A stretch of 64,000 nt of DNA from Fistulifera solaris (GCA_030295235.1 AP026131.1:992001-1056000), one strand, 5' to 3'. Counted from the first letter of the stretch, positions 1-11,948 are shown. Notes: generated from the sequence alone by a model not told the origin. Program-made: numbers and translations.

Positions 1-25
1 AACACACTCAATCTGTCGAACCAAC

Positions 26-1371
26 TCAATCGAGTCGCGTGGATCCCATTTTGCGCAAATCGCGGGACATGTTTTTGTGATGACTTTCGTTCGTACCACC
101 ACCGATTTCCATGAGCTTGGCATCCCTCCACAATCGTTCGACATTGTATTCGCCCGTGTAACCGTTCCCACCCAGGACTTGTATGGCACGATCGGCGACA
201 GTTTTGGCCATGGAGGCACAAAAGAGTTTGGTGCCATCGGCATCGAGACCGTTGCCGTGCGTCGACAAATTTAAGGCATTCGCCACCGCGTACACATACG
301 ACCGTCCCGCCATGTATTCGGCGTAACTTTCGGCTATTAGGCGTTGAATCTGTCCGAATTCAAACAAATTCTTGGCCCCAAACGCGGTTCGTTCGAGTGC
401 GTACGCTTTCATTTCGTCGATACAACGACGCGCGATACCGACACTCATGGCGGCCAATCCGAGTCGTTCAATTTCCAAATTGCGCATCATACACAAGGTA
501 GCACCATTTACGGTTCCGACAATGTTTTCGTTCGGAATTCGAACTTGATCGAAGACGAGTTCCGCCGTCATGGAGGCCCGCATTCCCAATTTGTTATTGA
601 TTTTTTGTCCCAATCGGAATCCTTCCATGCCTTTTTCTACTACAAATTGTGTGATATCTGTTTTCCCCGGCCCCGTCCTCGCGTACACCAAGAACAAATC
701 TCCGGTGTCTTGACCGTCCAGCGTCCCATTGGTGATCCACAATTTCGTGCCGGTCAAACGCCAATGATAATCTCCATCTTGGACGGCTTTTGTTTGCATT
801 CCCAACACATCGGTGCCGGCCTGCGGTTCACTCATACACATGCCTCCTATGTGAGTGCCGTCACACGCAGCCGGCAAGAATCGTGCTTTTTGTTCCGGTG
901 ACGCATTGACGGACAAGTTGTTGATCAGCAGCAACGAATGTGCCAAATACGAGAGACACAAGGCCGGATCACTGTAGGACAATTCTTCGTGGACCGCACA
1001 CACGGCCGTGGCCGTAAATTCGGTCCATCCCGTTCCACCGTATTCGATTTCGGGAACTGTCAATCCCAACAAACCCAAGTCGGCCAATTTGCGAAACAAG
1101 GGAACATTGAATTGTTCCTGTTCATTGAAGGTACGTGCTTGCGGTTCGACCTAGTGATGGATGTGTGTATGAGAACGGGAACGACAGTTCAACTCATACA
1201 AAAAACGACGACATGTACCTCTTGTGCGACAAAGGATCGCAACGTTGCGCGCAATGCCGCATGTTCGGACGTCGGATTCCACAAGGTCGACAAGGGTGTC
1301 GTCGACCGAAACCGCCGTGATAACACGAGCTGCTTGCTGCGGGGGCGAATGAATCGCGTCGTCAAGAGCAT
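26..1371 (-). CDS. IVD: Isovaleryl-CoA dehydrogenase, mitochondrial (2 exons; intron 1151-1218)
   Basis: Acyl-CoA dehydrogenase motifs MSEPQAGTD, GTKLWITNG, KLGMRAS, QVLGGNGY and RDAKLMEIGGGT. Arg-rich presequence MLLTTRFIRPRS. A GT..AG intron joins ..VAQE|VEPQAR.. in frame. Confidence 0.9.
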
Positions 1372-1778
1372 GGTGCACAATTATGAAATCAATAGTGTAA
1401 AAAGAATTAAAACAAAGTTGACCCGGAGGGACGATGTCATAGAGAAAGAATGCAACAGAAGAACGAACGAAAACGAGAAAAGAGTTCTTTTTTCGTTTAA
1501 TTTTTGACGTCGTGTCACGCGAGGTGCACCCAAAAATGTCGTCCGGTTCGCATCCGTCTACTTTATCCCGATAGTCATACAATCCGACTATCCTTACTCA
1601 AGTAGTCTCGCTCCCGATCCTCGTCCGTTCGCGATGTCGCGCCGCTTCTTTATTTGCGTTGCAACGACGCTAACGAGGCGAAGATGATGTTGCTTCTCGT
1701 TGTTGTCATGATATATATAATAAAGAAACAGATACTCATTCTATTGAAAGCAGCAACACTAGAGTTTCACACCATCAA

Positions 1779-3052
1779 ATGACACAAGAATCCGAAGAAG
1801 AGAAACAACCCGACGAAACAAAGCCCACGGCGCGCGTCGATTTGCCACTCGAATGGACGCAACTGGGGAAACCCGAGGAAAACAAACAATTACCAATTCG
1901 TTATCCGGAAGAAGTCACCGACATTGATCCCGAAGATGATGAATTGATTGTCGTAGGAACGGCCGGTATGAAAATTACGAATCTCGGACCCGATTTTCAT
2001 ACGCGGCTCAATCCGCAGTTAAAACAATTGATATTGCGATCGCACGTCATTCGCAAAATGGAAGGATTGCAAGGCTTGCGGCAGCTAGAATTACTCGAAT
2101 TGTACGACAATCAAGTGGAAGCTTTGCAATGTCTCGATGAAGGCCCCGAAGGGGCCCCCGGGATGACCTTGAAGACGTTGGATATGAGTTACAATGTCAT
2201 TCGCGACATGTCCCCCGTCCAAGTGTGTCCGAATCTCGTCGATTTGTGTAAGTCCTGCTGCATGTGAGCGGCATGATGTGTTTCGTTGCTTCCTTTCCTC
2301 ACTCTTCGACACCATCAGACTTGGCCAACAACAAACTCAAAACCATGGCGGGTTTGAAAGGATTGCATCATTTGCGCAAACTCGACTTGGGAGCCAATCG
2401 CATTCGCGTCATGGATGGGGACGAATTGTCGGGTCTCGTCAATTTAGAAGAATTGTGGTTGGGCAAGAACAAAATTGAAAGAATCGAAGGATTGGAAGCC
2501 TTGAAAAAATTACGACGACTCGATGTGCAATCGAATCGATTGACGTGTGTCGAAAACTTGCAATCGCAACAAGAGACACTGGAAGAATTGTATTTGGCGC
2601 ACAATGCGATTGACAATGCCGGTGCCTCGCAACCCACCGGATTGGCACTCACGTTTCCCAACCTGTCCGTGCTGGATTTGAATCGCAACCAACTGACGTC
2701 GACCGATCCATTGGTGCATATAAAGTCGTTGGATGAATTGTGGATCTCCGGTAATTTGATTGCAAGTTTCGATGACGTTCAGTCCTTGACCGAATTGGAT
2801 GCCTTGTCCACCATCTATTTGGAATACAATGAGTGTCAGAAGGATCCTCTGTATCGCAAAAAATTACAAGAATTGATGCCCAACTTGAAACAGATTGATG
2901 CCGATTTGATTGGGGGTTTGGCGTCCCACGGACTGCCCTCGGCACCCCGAGGGCCCGCCTTGACCGAAGAAGAGCGGTTGCAACAGTTACAAGAACAAAT
3001 TATCGAGAGAGCCCGCGCCGAGACGGAACGAAAAGGAGGATTGAAAAAGTGA
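1779..3052 (+). CDS. SDS22: Protein phosphatase 1 regulatory subunit 7 (SDS22-like LRR protein; intron 2248-2318)
   Basis: Tandem SDS22-class LRRs (LEELWLGKNKIERIEGL, LRRLDVQSNRL) and an LRR cap YRKKL..LKQIDA. The GTAAGT..CAG intron joins the two ORFs as DL-Y-LANN. Confidence 0.88.
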
Positions 3053-3124
3053 TATTAATGAACGAAGTCATTTTTTGTTGCAACTTTAGGTCTCTAGCAC
3101 AAAAACTGATGGGTGGGGTGACAC

Positions 3125-4060
3125 GATTCATGACTAAACCAACACTTTGGGTTTGGGTCCATAGTAAAATAAGACAGACAACGTTTTGCAAGACTCTCTT
3201 CGACGTAAATATAATGACGTAAGATGAAAACACTGCAAAAGACTATTTCATTACAACAATGACAATAAAAGCCTAAGAAACTGGGCGATCAAACGACTTG
3301 AAAGTAACATCCGTCGCTCGAAAGAATATTGATTCATGACTGAAATGCAGTCGTAGTCTGCGTAAACTAACACTTTGGGTCTATAGTGAAATAAGGCAGA
3401 CAACGTTTCGCAAGGCTCTTCGACGTAAACATAATGACGTAGGATGAAAACACTGCTATAGAATGTTTCATTGCAACAATGACAATAAAAGCTCAAGAAA
3501 CGGGGCGATCGAACGGCTTGTAGGTAACATCCGTCGCTCGAAAGAATATTGATTCATGACATTTTATTTACTGAAATGCAGTTGTGGTCTGCGTAAACCA
3601 ACACTTTGGGTCCATAGTGAAATAAGACAGACAACGTTTGGCAAGGCTCTTCGACGTAAACATAATGACGTAGGATGAAAACACTGCTATAGAATGTTTC
3701 ATTGCAACAATGACAATAAAAGCTCAAGAAACGGGACGATCGAACGACTTGTACGTAACATCCGTCGCTCGAAAGAATATTGATTCATGACTGAAAAGCA
3801 GTCGTGGTCTGCGTAAACTGACACTTTGGGTCCATAGTGAAATAAGACAGACAACGTTTGGCAAGGCTCTTCGACGTAAACATAATGACGTAGGATGAAA
3901 ACACTGCTATAGAATGTTTCACTGCAACAATGACAATAAAAGCTCAAGAAACTGGGCGATCGAACGACTTGTAGGTAACATCCGTCGCTCGAAAGAATAT
4001 TGGTTCATGACTGAAATGCAGTCGTGGTCTCCGTAAACCAACACTTTGGGCTATAGTAAA
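3125..4060 (+). repeat. Tandem array of ~220-bp units (family A): 4 bodies, 5 terminal boxes
   Basis: The box GATTCATGACTGAAATGCAGTCGTGGTCTGCGTAAACCAACACTTTGGG(T)C(C/T)ATAGT(A/G)AA recurs at about 3125 (partly deleted), 3331, 3551, 3782 and 4002, with near-identical bodies in between. Confidence 0.95.
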
Positions 4061-4333
4061 TACCTTTTTGTTATTTGAATCAGACGGGAATTCTGATTAT
4101 TCTGGACTTTTCAGTTCGATAACAGTGGAATCCGGAATCGCAACGAGCGAAAATGTGGCAAATAGGATCCATACGGAGAGCGCCCCGCATCATCATCGCA
4201 TGCATGCGAGCGCTTTGGACGACAAACGAAGCATAAAAAGAAGAAACGGAGGTGTTATTCATTTGACTTTACTTATCTTCTTTGTCCATTCAACAATCGT
4301 TTATATCATTATAGTTTTATCACAAATAGCGCA

Positions 4334-5431
4334 ATGGGAACATCACAATCGAAGACGCCCACGGTGCCTGGATCGTTCATTCACTCCAAACTACTCGCTA
4401 CGTCCACCACACGTTGCGAGGATACACCACCACCGCCGCCTCCGCCGGGTGAAGCCCCTCCGCCGCCACCACCGAAAGATAGCATTGCCGAAGCAGCGGC
4501 AACTACGACCTTGTACAGCAATCCGGGACCCTACGAAATGGCCGCCATGGATGGCAAACGACTGGTGCAACTTGACACGTTCGACGGTTTCCGATGTGAT
4601 ATCAACAAACAACTCAGCCCATACATGGCTGTCGTACACTCGTTTCTGTTGGGAACGACCTCATTGCCTGATCGCACTTCGACGTATTCGTTTGTGACGC
4701 AAGTGGCGGATGAACAGGGCATTCTCATGACGCGCGTCGATCCGGGACGAAAAAGTGTCGATGGACGGGTGCATCGTGCGGTACTTGGCGGTTTGGCAAT
4801 GGCCAAACTGCAGCTGGGTTTATCTCCGGATGGTCAACAAGATCAGGCGTTGGCGGAACTGGATTTTGGTGGGTTGACTTGGACGGGAAATCTCAAGTAC
4901 GGAAGCATGGCCGGTGCCATTGTGTACGGGTGCAATTATCTACAGAGTATTACGCCTCAATTGCAAATGGGAGGAGAAGGAATGTACATTGCAGCAAATC
5001 AGTCGCTAATAAGTAATTATACGTTGAAATACACGATTCCGGCGTCGACGGGAGAAGAAACATCGGCATTACCGGCGGTTTCGAAGGGACCCGAACGAAA
5101 GGGGTCGTCGATGATGTGTGTGAATTATAATACCGCTCAGAATGCGCTCTCATTGAACTACAAGCGCGTTGTTACTCCCAATCGAGTCACTCTTGGTGCA
5201 GAATTACAGTGCAGTCCTTTGACGCTGGAATCGCAAGTTCTTCTTGGAGCCGAATTTAAACTTCACCGAAGCCGATTTGCCATTTGTGTCGATGGAGGTT
5301 TGCGAACACAAAGTATACTGGAAGCGAAACTGGGCGTCGCTCCAGGAAGTCCTACCTTGAACTTTTCTGCTGATGTCGATCACTTGAATGATGCTATGCG
5401 ATTTGGTTACGGCATCACCATTGAAGGTTAA
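4334..5431 (+). CDS. TOM40: Mitochondrial import channel TOM40
   Basis: Pro-rich N-terminus, NPGPYE, FDGFRCDINKQLSP..VVHSF, YLQSITPQLQMGGE and a C-terminal beta-signal RFGYGITIE. Confidence 0.9.
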   Translation: MGTSQSKTPTVPGSFIHSKLLATSTTRCEDTPPPPPPPGEAPPPPPPKDSIAEAAATTTLYSNPGPYEMAAMDGKRLVQLDTFDGFRCDINKQLSPYMAVVHSFLLGTTSLPDRTSTYSFVTQVADEQGILMTRVDPGRKSVDGRVHRAVLGGLAMAKLQLGLSPDGQQDQALAELDFGGLTWTGNLKYGSMAGAIVYGCNYLQSITPQLQMGGEGMYIAANQSLISNYTLKYTIPASTGEETSALPAVSKGPERKGSSMMCVNYNTAQNALSLNYKRVVTPNRVTLGAELQCSPLTLESQVLLGAEFKLHRSRFAICVDGGLRTQSILEAKLGVAPGSPTLNFSADVDHLNDAMRFGYGITIEG

Positions 5432-6009
5432 GTTTTCGAATAATAAATAAAGTCAATTGTTTTCTCTCCCCCCTGCGCTTGTAGAACTTCCTAGAGACTT
5501 ACTAGCTACATTAGGTTGCTTTGTAATGTCTCTTGTTCTCTCGTTTTGATTTGTCGTACCTAGTGCACTTCATCTGGCTCTGAAACTATTACAGTACGGA
5601 ACATCATTTTTTGTTGTCTAACTAGAGAATGTAATTCAGTTACATCCAACGACATTGCAATGCTCGCTTTGACTAATGCTACACATCATGGTAGACTTCT
5701 TTCAAAGGATGCAGGGGAGTGTTTATCCAGTTTGCAGAGCTACGATTGATCCCTCTCTAGCAACGAAAATGGAAATCGAAAGTCATTAACATTAACGATC
5801 ATGGTCCATCCGTCTCCCGTTCAAAAACGATGCGATTAACCCGTTTACGAATAAGGTTGCAGAAGATACGGACGGAATTTTTCGTTACGTCACTTCAAGA
5901 ACGAGAAAAACGACGGCAAATAAACCATAACACGCTCAAGCACAACAAGCAACACCGCTTCGCTGTTACCTTTGAAGTTTACCTTTTCTCCAATCAACAA
6001 CCACGCAAG

Positions 6010-6838
6010 ATGTTCCGCCTAGCTGTCTTTTCTCCTTCTTAGCGCTTCTTCGCTCGCTTTCGTCCCTCAACAGGGACAATTACACCAAGCGACCGAACTC
6101 GCCGCATTGAACCGTCGCGATGCTCTCGGTTTCGCCTTTTCTGCCATGATTGGGGCTGCGGCGACCTTGCCAACGGGAGCTGAGGCGGCTAGTAATCCCG
6201 CTTTAGAGACATTTAAGGGAGGAAAGAAGACAAAGGGGTCTTACATTCCTGGGAAGGGTCTTCGCGATCAGGCAACGTTCGATGAGCTTGTTGCCGCCTC
6301 AAATCCTGCCTTGGAAACATTTAAAGGAGGGAAGAAGACAAAAGGGGCTTACATCCCCGGAAAAGGTCTCCGTAACGGGCAGACATACGACGAACTTGTT
6401 GCCGTTTCGAACCCGGCTTTGGAGACTTTCAAGGGTCGAAAAGCTACCAAGGGATCTTTTATCCCTGGTAAAGGAATGCGAAACACTGCTGATTTCGACG
6501 AACTCGTTGCCGTTTCGAACCCGGCTTTAGAAACTTTCAAGGGCCGAAAAGCCACAAAAGGGTCTTTTATCCCTGGTAAAGGAATGCGAAACACTGCCGC
6601 TTTTGACGAACTTGTTGCCGCTTCGAACCCGGCTCTAGAGACTTTCAAGGGCCGAAAGGCCACAAAAGGGTCTTTTATCCCTGGAAAGGGAATGCGAAAC
6701 ACTGCCGCTTTTGACGAACTTATTGCTGTTTCGAATCCTGCACTAGAGACATTCAAAGGTGGTAAGAAGACGAAGGGAGCTTACATTCCTGGAAAGGGAC
6801 TCCGTGATCAGTTTTCGTTCGATCAATTGTTTTCATGA
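6010..6838 (+). CDS. Putative thylakoid-lumen protein of six 36-aa tandem repeats (1-nt frameshift near 6030)
   Basis: Removing one T from the TTTT run gives MFRLAVFLLLSASSLA-FVPQQ..LNRRDALGFAFSAMIGAAATLPTGAEA, then 6x (A/V)SNPALETFKG.K.TKG.(Y/F)IPGKG.R....(F/Y)D.L.. Confidence 0.8.
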
Positions 6839-6915
6839 ACATTTGACAGTTTGTACGCATGAATACTTAGTTGCAAATTTACTGTTAGCCTAAAAAAATC
6901 AACATACCTAGCATA

Positions 6916-8370
6916 CTAGCTAAGTCGCTTGATTACAGCGACAAAGAAACCGCCTGAATCATGATCTTGAGGCCACAGCCGTATACACCGTTCCAGGTGC
7001 AACTCGTTCGTCGAAAGAGGGGGCCACATCGAAGAACAGGCTTTCTCCATCTTTGCTTCGATTGCGTCTTCATACGATGCATGCCATCTGAGCTGGACTT
7101 TTTCATCGTCCTCTTGATCCGTATCCCCGATGTAATCAGCAACCTTCCAGCTAGATACTCCAGGGCGACCGGTAAAGCCTTCCATAACAGGCCATTCTAC
7201 TAATTCAAAAGCAGGCTGTCCTTTCTTCCGCTGCGACAGTGCTGCTGTGACCACGGCTTCGTTCTCAATCGGGTTCATACTGCACGTGCTGTAGGTCATC
7301 ACTCCGCCCGCCTTGAGACACTTGAGCGCCCGTGCCAAAATATCCACTTGCAAGCGGTGCAGGGCATTGCTCGTGGCGGGAGTCCAGTTGGTGATGACGT
7401 GAGGGTCTTTCCGGATTGTACCATCCCCGCTACAAGGGACATCGCATATGATGCAGTCATAGAGTTTATCGTCTTGCAATGGTATTGGAAAGTGACTGGC
7501 ATCCAGATTACTAAACTTGATTTTGCTCGAGAACGACATGCCGGATCGGGTCATGGATTCTTGCAAGCTTTCCAGGCGTTGCTTGTTGATATCATTTGCT
7601 TTGACTGACCCTCTCGTCATGATCTCCAAAACCTGCATGGTTTTACTACCGGGAGAGGCGCATAGATCCAAGACCCGCTTTGTCTCGGAAGTCAGCCATC
7701 CTCCGCGATGCAACACCAGTACAGGCAAAATGCTGGCCAGCTCTTGACGAGCCAATTTGCCATTTTGAGAATTTGTCACGAGAAACTCCTTTAACGCCGG
7801 GGAGCTCTGTAACAATGATCCTTTGTTTATATTCGATGATTTGGCTTGATAGATAAGAGGATCAAACGAGCACGGAGCGACCAAATTAGAAAATTGTTCC
7901 TCAATGAGTCTTTGCAGGGTCTCCTTTTTTATCGAAGGGAGGTTTTGTCGGATCCGAAATGTGAGAGGAAGTGGTCGACTCAAACTCCCAATAAAATTCC
8001 GAATCGTATCGGCAGATTGACTAGCTGACAATGCCTGCAGTAGTCTTTCGTTTTCCGGTGATTCGCTTGTCTCCGGTATTGCTACAGAGTCGTCAACCAC
8101 AAGCAGGTCTGTTCCCTTCGTGTCGTTGTTCGAATGTTTCTTTTTCTTACGACGTTTCGCTGCTCGTGATTGACCACAGTTCGTTTTCGCGACATGTTCC
8201 GCGACCGGAATTTCTTTGGCTGTTCCATCCGAGCAAACGCCCAATGGCTGGCGCGCATAATATTCAACGAACAATTGGAAGGCCGCCCCCGATTTGCGAT
8301 GCCACAGTAAATCGGCTTTGCTGTCACTCTTTCGAGCCGATGCTAGTGGATTGTTGGATCGTTTCGGCAT
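6916..8370 (-). CDS. RNA (cytosine-C5)-methyltransferase, NSUN2/Trm4-like
   Basis: Motifs VLDLCASPGSKT, DVPCSGDGT, YSTCSMNPIENEAVV and HDSGGFFVAV. Confidence 0.9.
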   Translation of the reverse strand: MPKRSNNPLASARKSDSKADLLWHRKSGAAFQLFVEYYARQPLGVCSDGTAKEIPVAEHVAKTNCGQSRAAKRRKKKKHSNNDTKGTDLLVVDDSVAIPETSESPENERLLQALSASQSADTIRNFIGSLSRPLPLTFRIRQNLPSIKKETLQRLIEEQFSNLVAPCSFDPLIYQAKSSNINKGSLLQSSPALKEFLVTNSQNGKLARQELASILPVLVLHRGGWLTSETKRVLDLCASPGSKTMQVLEIMTRGSVKANDINKQRLESLQESMTRSGMSFSSKIKFSNLDASHFPIPLQDDKLYDCIICDVPCSGDGTIRKDPHVITNWTPATSNALHRLQVDILARALKCLKAGGVMTYSTCSMNPIENEAVVTAALSQRKKGQPAFELVEWPVMEGFTGRPGVSSWKVADYIGDTDQEDDEKVQLRWHASYEDAIEAKMEKACSSMWPPLSTNELHLERCIRLWPQDHDSGGFFVAVIKRLS

Positions 8371-8756
8371 TGAAGATGCACTTTTAACTCTTTTCTCTAC
8401 GTTTGCCTTTCGATTAGTCTACGTATTCAATATTATGCTTTCGTTGTTTAGGGTGTACCGTACCAGGTAGCATCGTCTTGTTGCTTGATTGTTTGTTTCA
8501 CGTGTCAAAAACCTTGTCCAGAAAGGAATCCCCCTCATTGGGAAACGGGCTCGGGACTGGCCCTCTACTAGCGCACTAAGGCTAGAGAGTTAGAACCAAA
8601 GATTACTCAACGAAGTGTCGGACTGAAATATATGTGAAAAATTGAGATGAAAAATGGAAAATTCAGTCGAATGTCAAGATTACATCCTGACGGTTAGGCA
8701 ATTAATAGGAATAATATTATTTAACACCTTGCAAAAAAAATTTGGATTGTACAGTA

Positions 8757-9980
8757 TCCAGAATGTCTGAATGATCGAAAAAACCGATATCCCAGAATTT
8801 CTGGATCGTTCAAGAAATTCACGAGCATACACAGATTTTCTGTATGAAAGCAAAAACCTACCGAAATGGAGTGAAAGGTCCAAAAATTCTGGATAAGGTG
8901 TTTTGCATCTTTGCATCATAACGAAAGAAGTGCGCATTCCAAATTTTCAGGAAACTGTGTTTTGCATCTTAACGAGGAAAATGCAAATTCCAGATATTCT
9001 GGAATTTGTGTTGTGCTATCATACAGAAATTCTGTGGTAGTCCAGAAATTCTGGACCAATTTTTCGATCCTACCGAAATGCTGAGCAAGTTCCACAATTG
9101 CACTAAACAGTGTTATGGAGCAAAAGGAAAGAAAGTGCACGTTATAAGTTTTCAGGAAACTGTGTTTTGCATCTTAACAAAGGAAAATGCAAATGAAGTT
9201 GTGTTGTGCTATCATACAGAATTCTGTGGTGGTCCAGAAATTCTGGACCAATTTTTCGATCCTACCGAAATGCTGAGCAAGAAAAGGAAAGAAAGTGCAC
9301 GTTACAAGTTTTCAGGAAACTGTGTTTTGCATCTTAACAAGGAAAATGCAAATTCCAGATATTCTGGAATTTGTGTTGTGCTATCATACAGAAATTCTGT
9401 GGTGGTCCAGAATCCAGAAATTCTGGACCAATTTTTCGATCCTACCGAAATGCTGTGGATGTGCCGCTACTTTGCAGCTACAAGGTAAATGGTACATTTT
9501 TTCCGTATACAACAAAGTTTCTCTATGTTCTCAAACCGCAAACAAAACTATTTTGTCCAGAAATGCTACTCGAAACTCGAAACATCGATGATTCAAATCA
9601 GAATTTCAGGTATTTATGTAGTACAGTAGCTGTATGCCCGAAAACATCGATTTCATTATTTCAGATTTTCTTTATGTTTGTTTAGGTCTACCTAAAAACA
9701 CCGATTCCAGATTTTTGGATCGTATTTGGAATTTTAGTTCGATCAAGAACACCCATACCAGAATTTCAGGATTTGATCCAGAATGTCTGTATACCCATAT
9801 ATATTTTTTCCAGAATTTCTGTAGCGATCACAGATTTCAGCTCGACCAAGGACTCCGATGTTTATTTTCACACTTAAACATAATATTTGTATCACTGAAA
9901 ACACCTATTACAGAATTTCTGGAATGTATTCTGAACCTAACAACAACGATCTTCTTCCAGGACTTTTTGGACAGATCCAA
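8757..9980. repeat. Palindrome-rich repeat cluster (family C), copy 1
   Basis: Many TCCAGAA(A/T)TTCTGGA cores and ~190-bp subunits containing TTTTTCGATCCTACCGAAATGCTG. Homologous to the clusters at 41.8-42.8 kb and 51.7-52.3 kb. Boundaries approximate. Confidence 0.9.
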
Positions 9981-10073
9981 AATGTCTTTATCTCTAACAA
10001 GAATCTAACAAAAAGATTTATTGGATTTGGACCAATAAAGGTCGGGAGACACCGTTCACTGCGCCTTTTACCG

Positions 10074-11119
10074 TCACGTCTTTTTCACTACACCACCATG
10101 ATCAACCATTTGTTGAAACATGTCCCGCAACGTGTCATCCAATGGGCGGTACTCCATTCCCAATATTTGTTTCGATTTGGTGTTGTCGACGTTTCGCGGA
10201 ATATCGACCATATTCTCGACAAATCTGCGTTGTACCCCAAAGAAGGGTGCCACGAGCCAAAACAATGATTTGGGTACGACGGATTGAGGAATGGGATAAT
10301 CGGGAAACATTCGGCAAAGACGATTGGCGATTTGCACCAGATCCGTCAATTCATCACCCGACAACAAGAAGCGACCGTTCGCCGGCGAGGAATAGGCCGC
10401 GAGAATGTGCGCGCGCGCCACATCCCGGACATCCACCACACCCATTCCCACACGGGGAATGCGAGACACGCTCGTCAGTTGTTGCAACAAGCGAAAACAT
10501 TCATTCGTTTCGTGATATTTCAATCCAGGTCCCATCACTACGGTGGGATTCATCGTTACCATCGACCATTGTGTTTGTGATCCGGCTAGGACCCACGCCG
10601 CTTGCTCCGCCAATGTCTTGGACAAGGAATACGGCTGATATTGCAACGTAGCGGCGCGATTCCAGTTTGTTTCATCGACGACGTGATTGCTGGTATAACC
10701 TTCCCAATTGTCGGCACACATGGCGGCGGCGGAACTGGTGAGTACCACGCGTCGCACCGAAGGCGTTTGACACGCTTGTTGCAACACAATTTCGGTTCCT
10801 TGTACGGCCGGGTCAATGAGATCTCGTTTCGCGTCTTTGACTTGTAGGATGAAAGGCGATGCGGTATGAAATACAATCGAACAGTCGTGCATGGCTTCAG
10901 CAAAACTCCCTTTTGTTGCAAGTCAGCCTCAAAGAATCGAATCGTTCCTTTCAATTCATCCACGACATCTTGAAGGTACCGAAAACGCTCTGGTTTGGAA
11001 ATATCACGAACGGCCGCATGAACTGTGATGCCTTGCTGCACCAGTTCGCGGATCAGAACACCGGCAATATATCCCGTCGCGCCCGTCACGAGAACGGGGG
11101 AAGAAGAAAGGCCTGTCAT
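10074..11119 (-). CDS. NAD(P)-dependent extended SDR, dihydroflavonol-reductase/aldehyde-reductase-like (frameshift near 10910)
   Basis: VLVTGATGYIA, VFHTASPF, RVVLTSS, YSLSK (YxxxK) and VDVRDVARAH. Confidence 0.88.
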
Positions 11120-11348
11120 GATTGTTCGGCGGTTTCTCGCTGCTTGCATCCATTTCGTTACATGTCGACAACTCGCAGACTGTTGCATGTGAAAGAAGGG
11201 TTTATCATTTAAGAAATGAGAAGCAAGGGAAGCCTATTCGGGTCAATGCTAGTCGCATTTTTCTTCGAAATATAGATGATGCGGTCGCCGTTTTTTTTTC
11301 CGCCGCAATAAGTTTATCGTCTGTGCGTGCGCCCCTCATTTTTCTTGT

Positions 11349-11838
11349 TCGTGACCGAAAATGCAGTTAAGTCATGAAAAAGGTAATCTTCACTTTGGGC
11401 TATAGTAAATATAAGAACGACCACCATCGGCAAGACTATTCGGCGGAGATGCGCAAGGCAAATGATGCTAAAGATCATTGCATCCTATAGAAAATTATAG
11501 TTTACCAATCTAGACAAGAGAACAAATAGAAGGCGTGATTCGGCAATCATGCATCTCGAATATCATTCGTCGTGGCGAAAAACGGATAACACTTTGGGTG
11601 TATAGTAAATACTAACCCAAACGATCTGCTAGACTTCACGACATCATAATAGCGAAACTTGGGCTACAAAGGTATAGTGGAAGCGGTATAACTGTGATAA
11701 AACCAGTAAAAAGCTTGCCAAGCAAGTAACTGACGCAAAATAGGTAGTAATGGAAATCTCGAATTATCATGATGATTCATGACTGGGTGCAGTCGTGGTA
11801 AAGTTGACAGTCCCGGTACACTTTGGTTTTATAGTGAG
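11349..11838 (+). repeat. Diverged family-A array (3 boxes, 2 bodies)
   Basis: CACTTTGGGCTATAGTAAA at 11391, ACACTTTGGGTGTATAGTAAA at about 11589, and GATTCATGACTGGGTGCAGTCGTGG..ACACTTTGGTTTTATAGTGA at about 11774-11838. Confidence 0.8.
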
Positions 11839-11948
11839 CTGAACATTGAAAGCCTCGCGGCATCGCATTGCGTTGTTTCAGAGTAGGATGGGTTTCGCAT
11901 CATTTATTTATCAAAAAGGATTGCGAAACAACAATAGGATCTGACAAG

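Noticed and set aside
3251..3947. Repeated short ORFs (MSFYCHCC...) and ORFs within the family B and C repeats
   Set aside because: Artefacts of tandem repeats: they mostly lack ATG starts and their frames are not preserved between units.
3125..4060. CRISPR-like array interpretation of the box/body repeats (also 11.4 and 20.5 kb)
   Set aside because: Bodies are 140-170 bp and homologous to each other, the context is eukaryotic, and no cas-like gene is present in the window.
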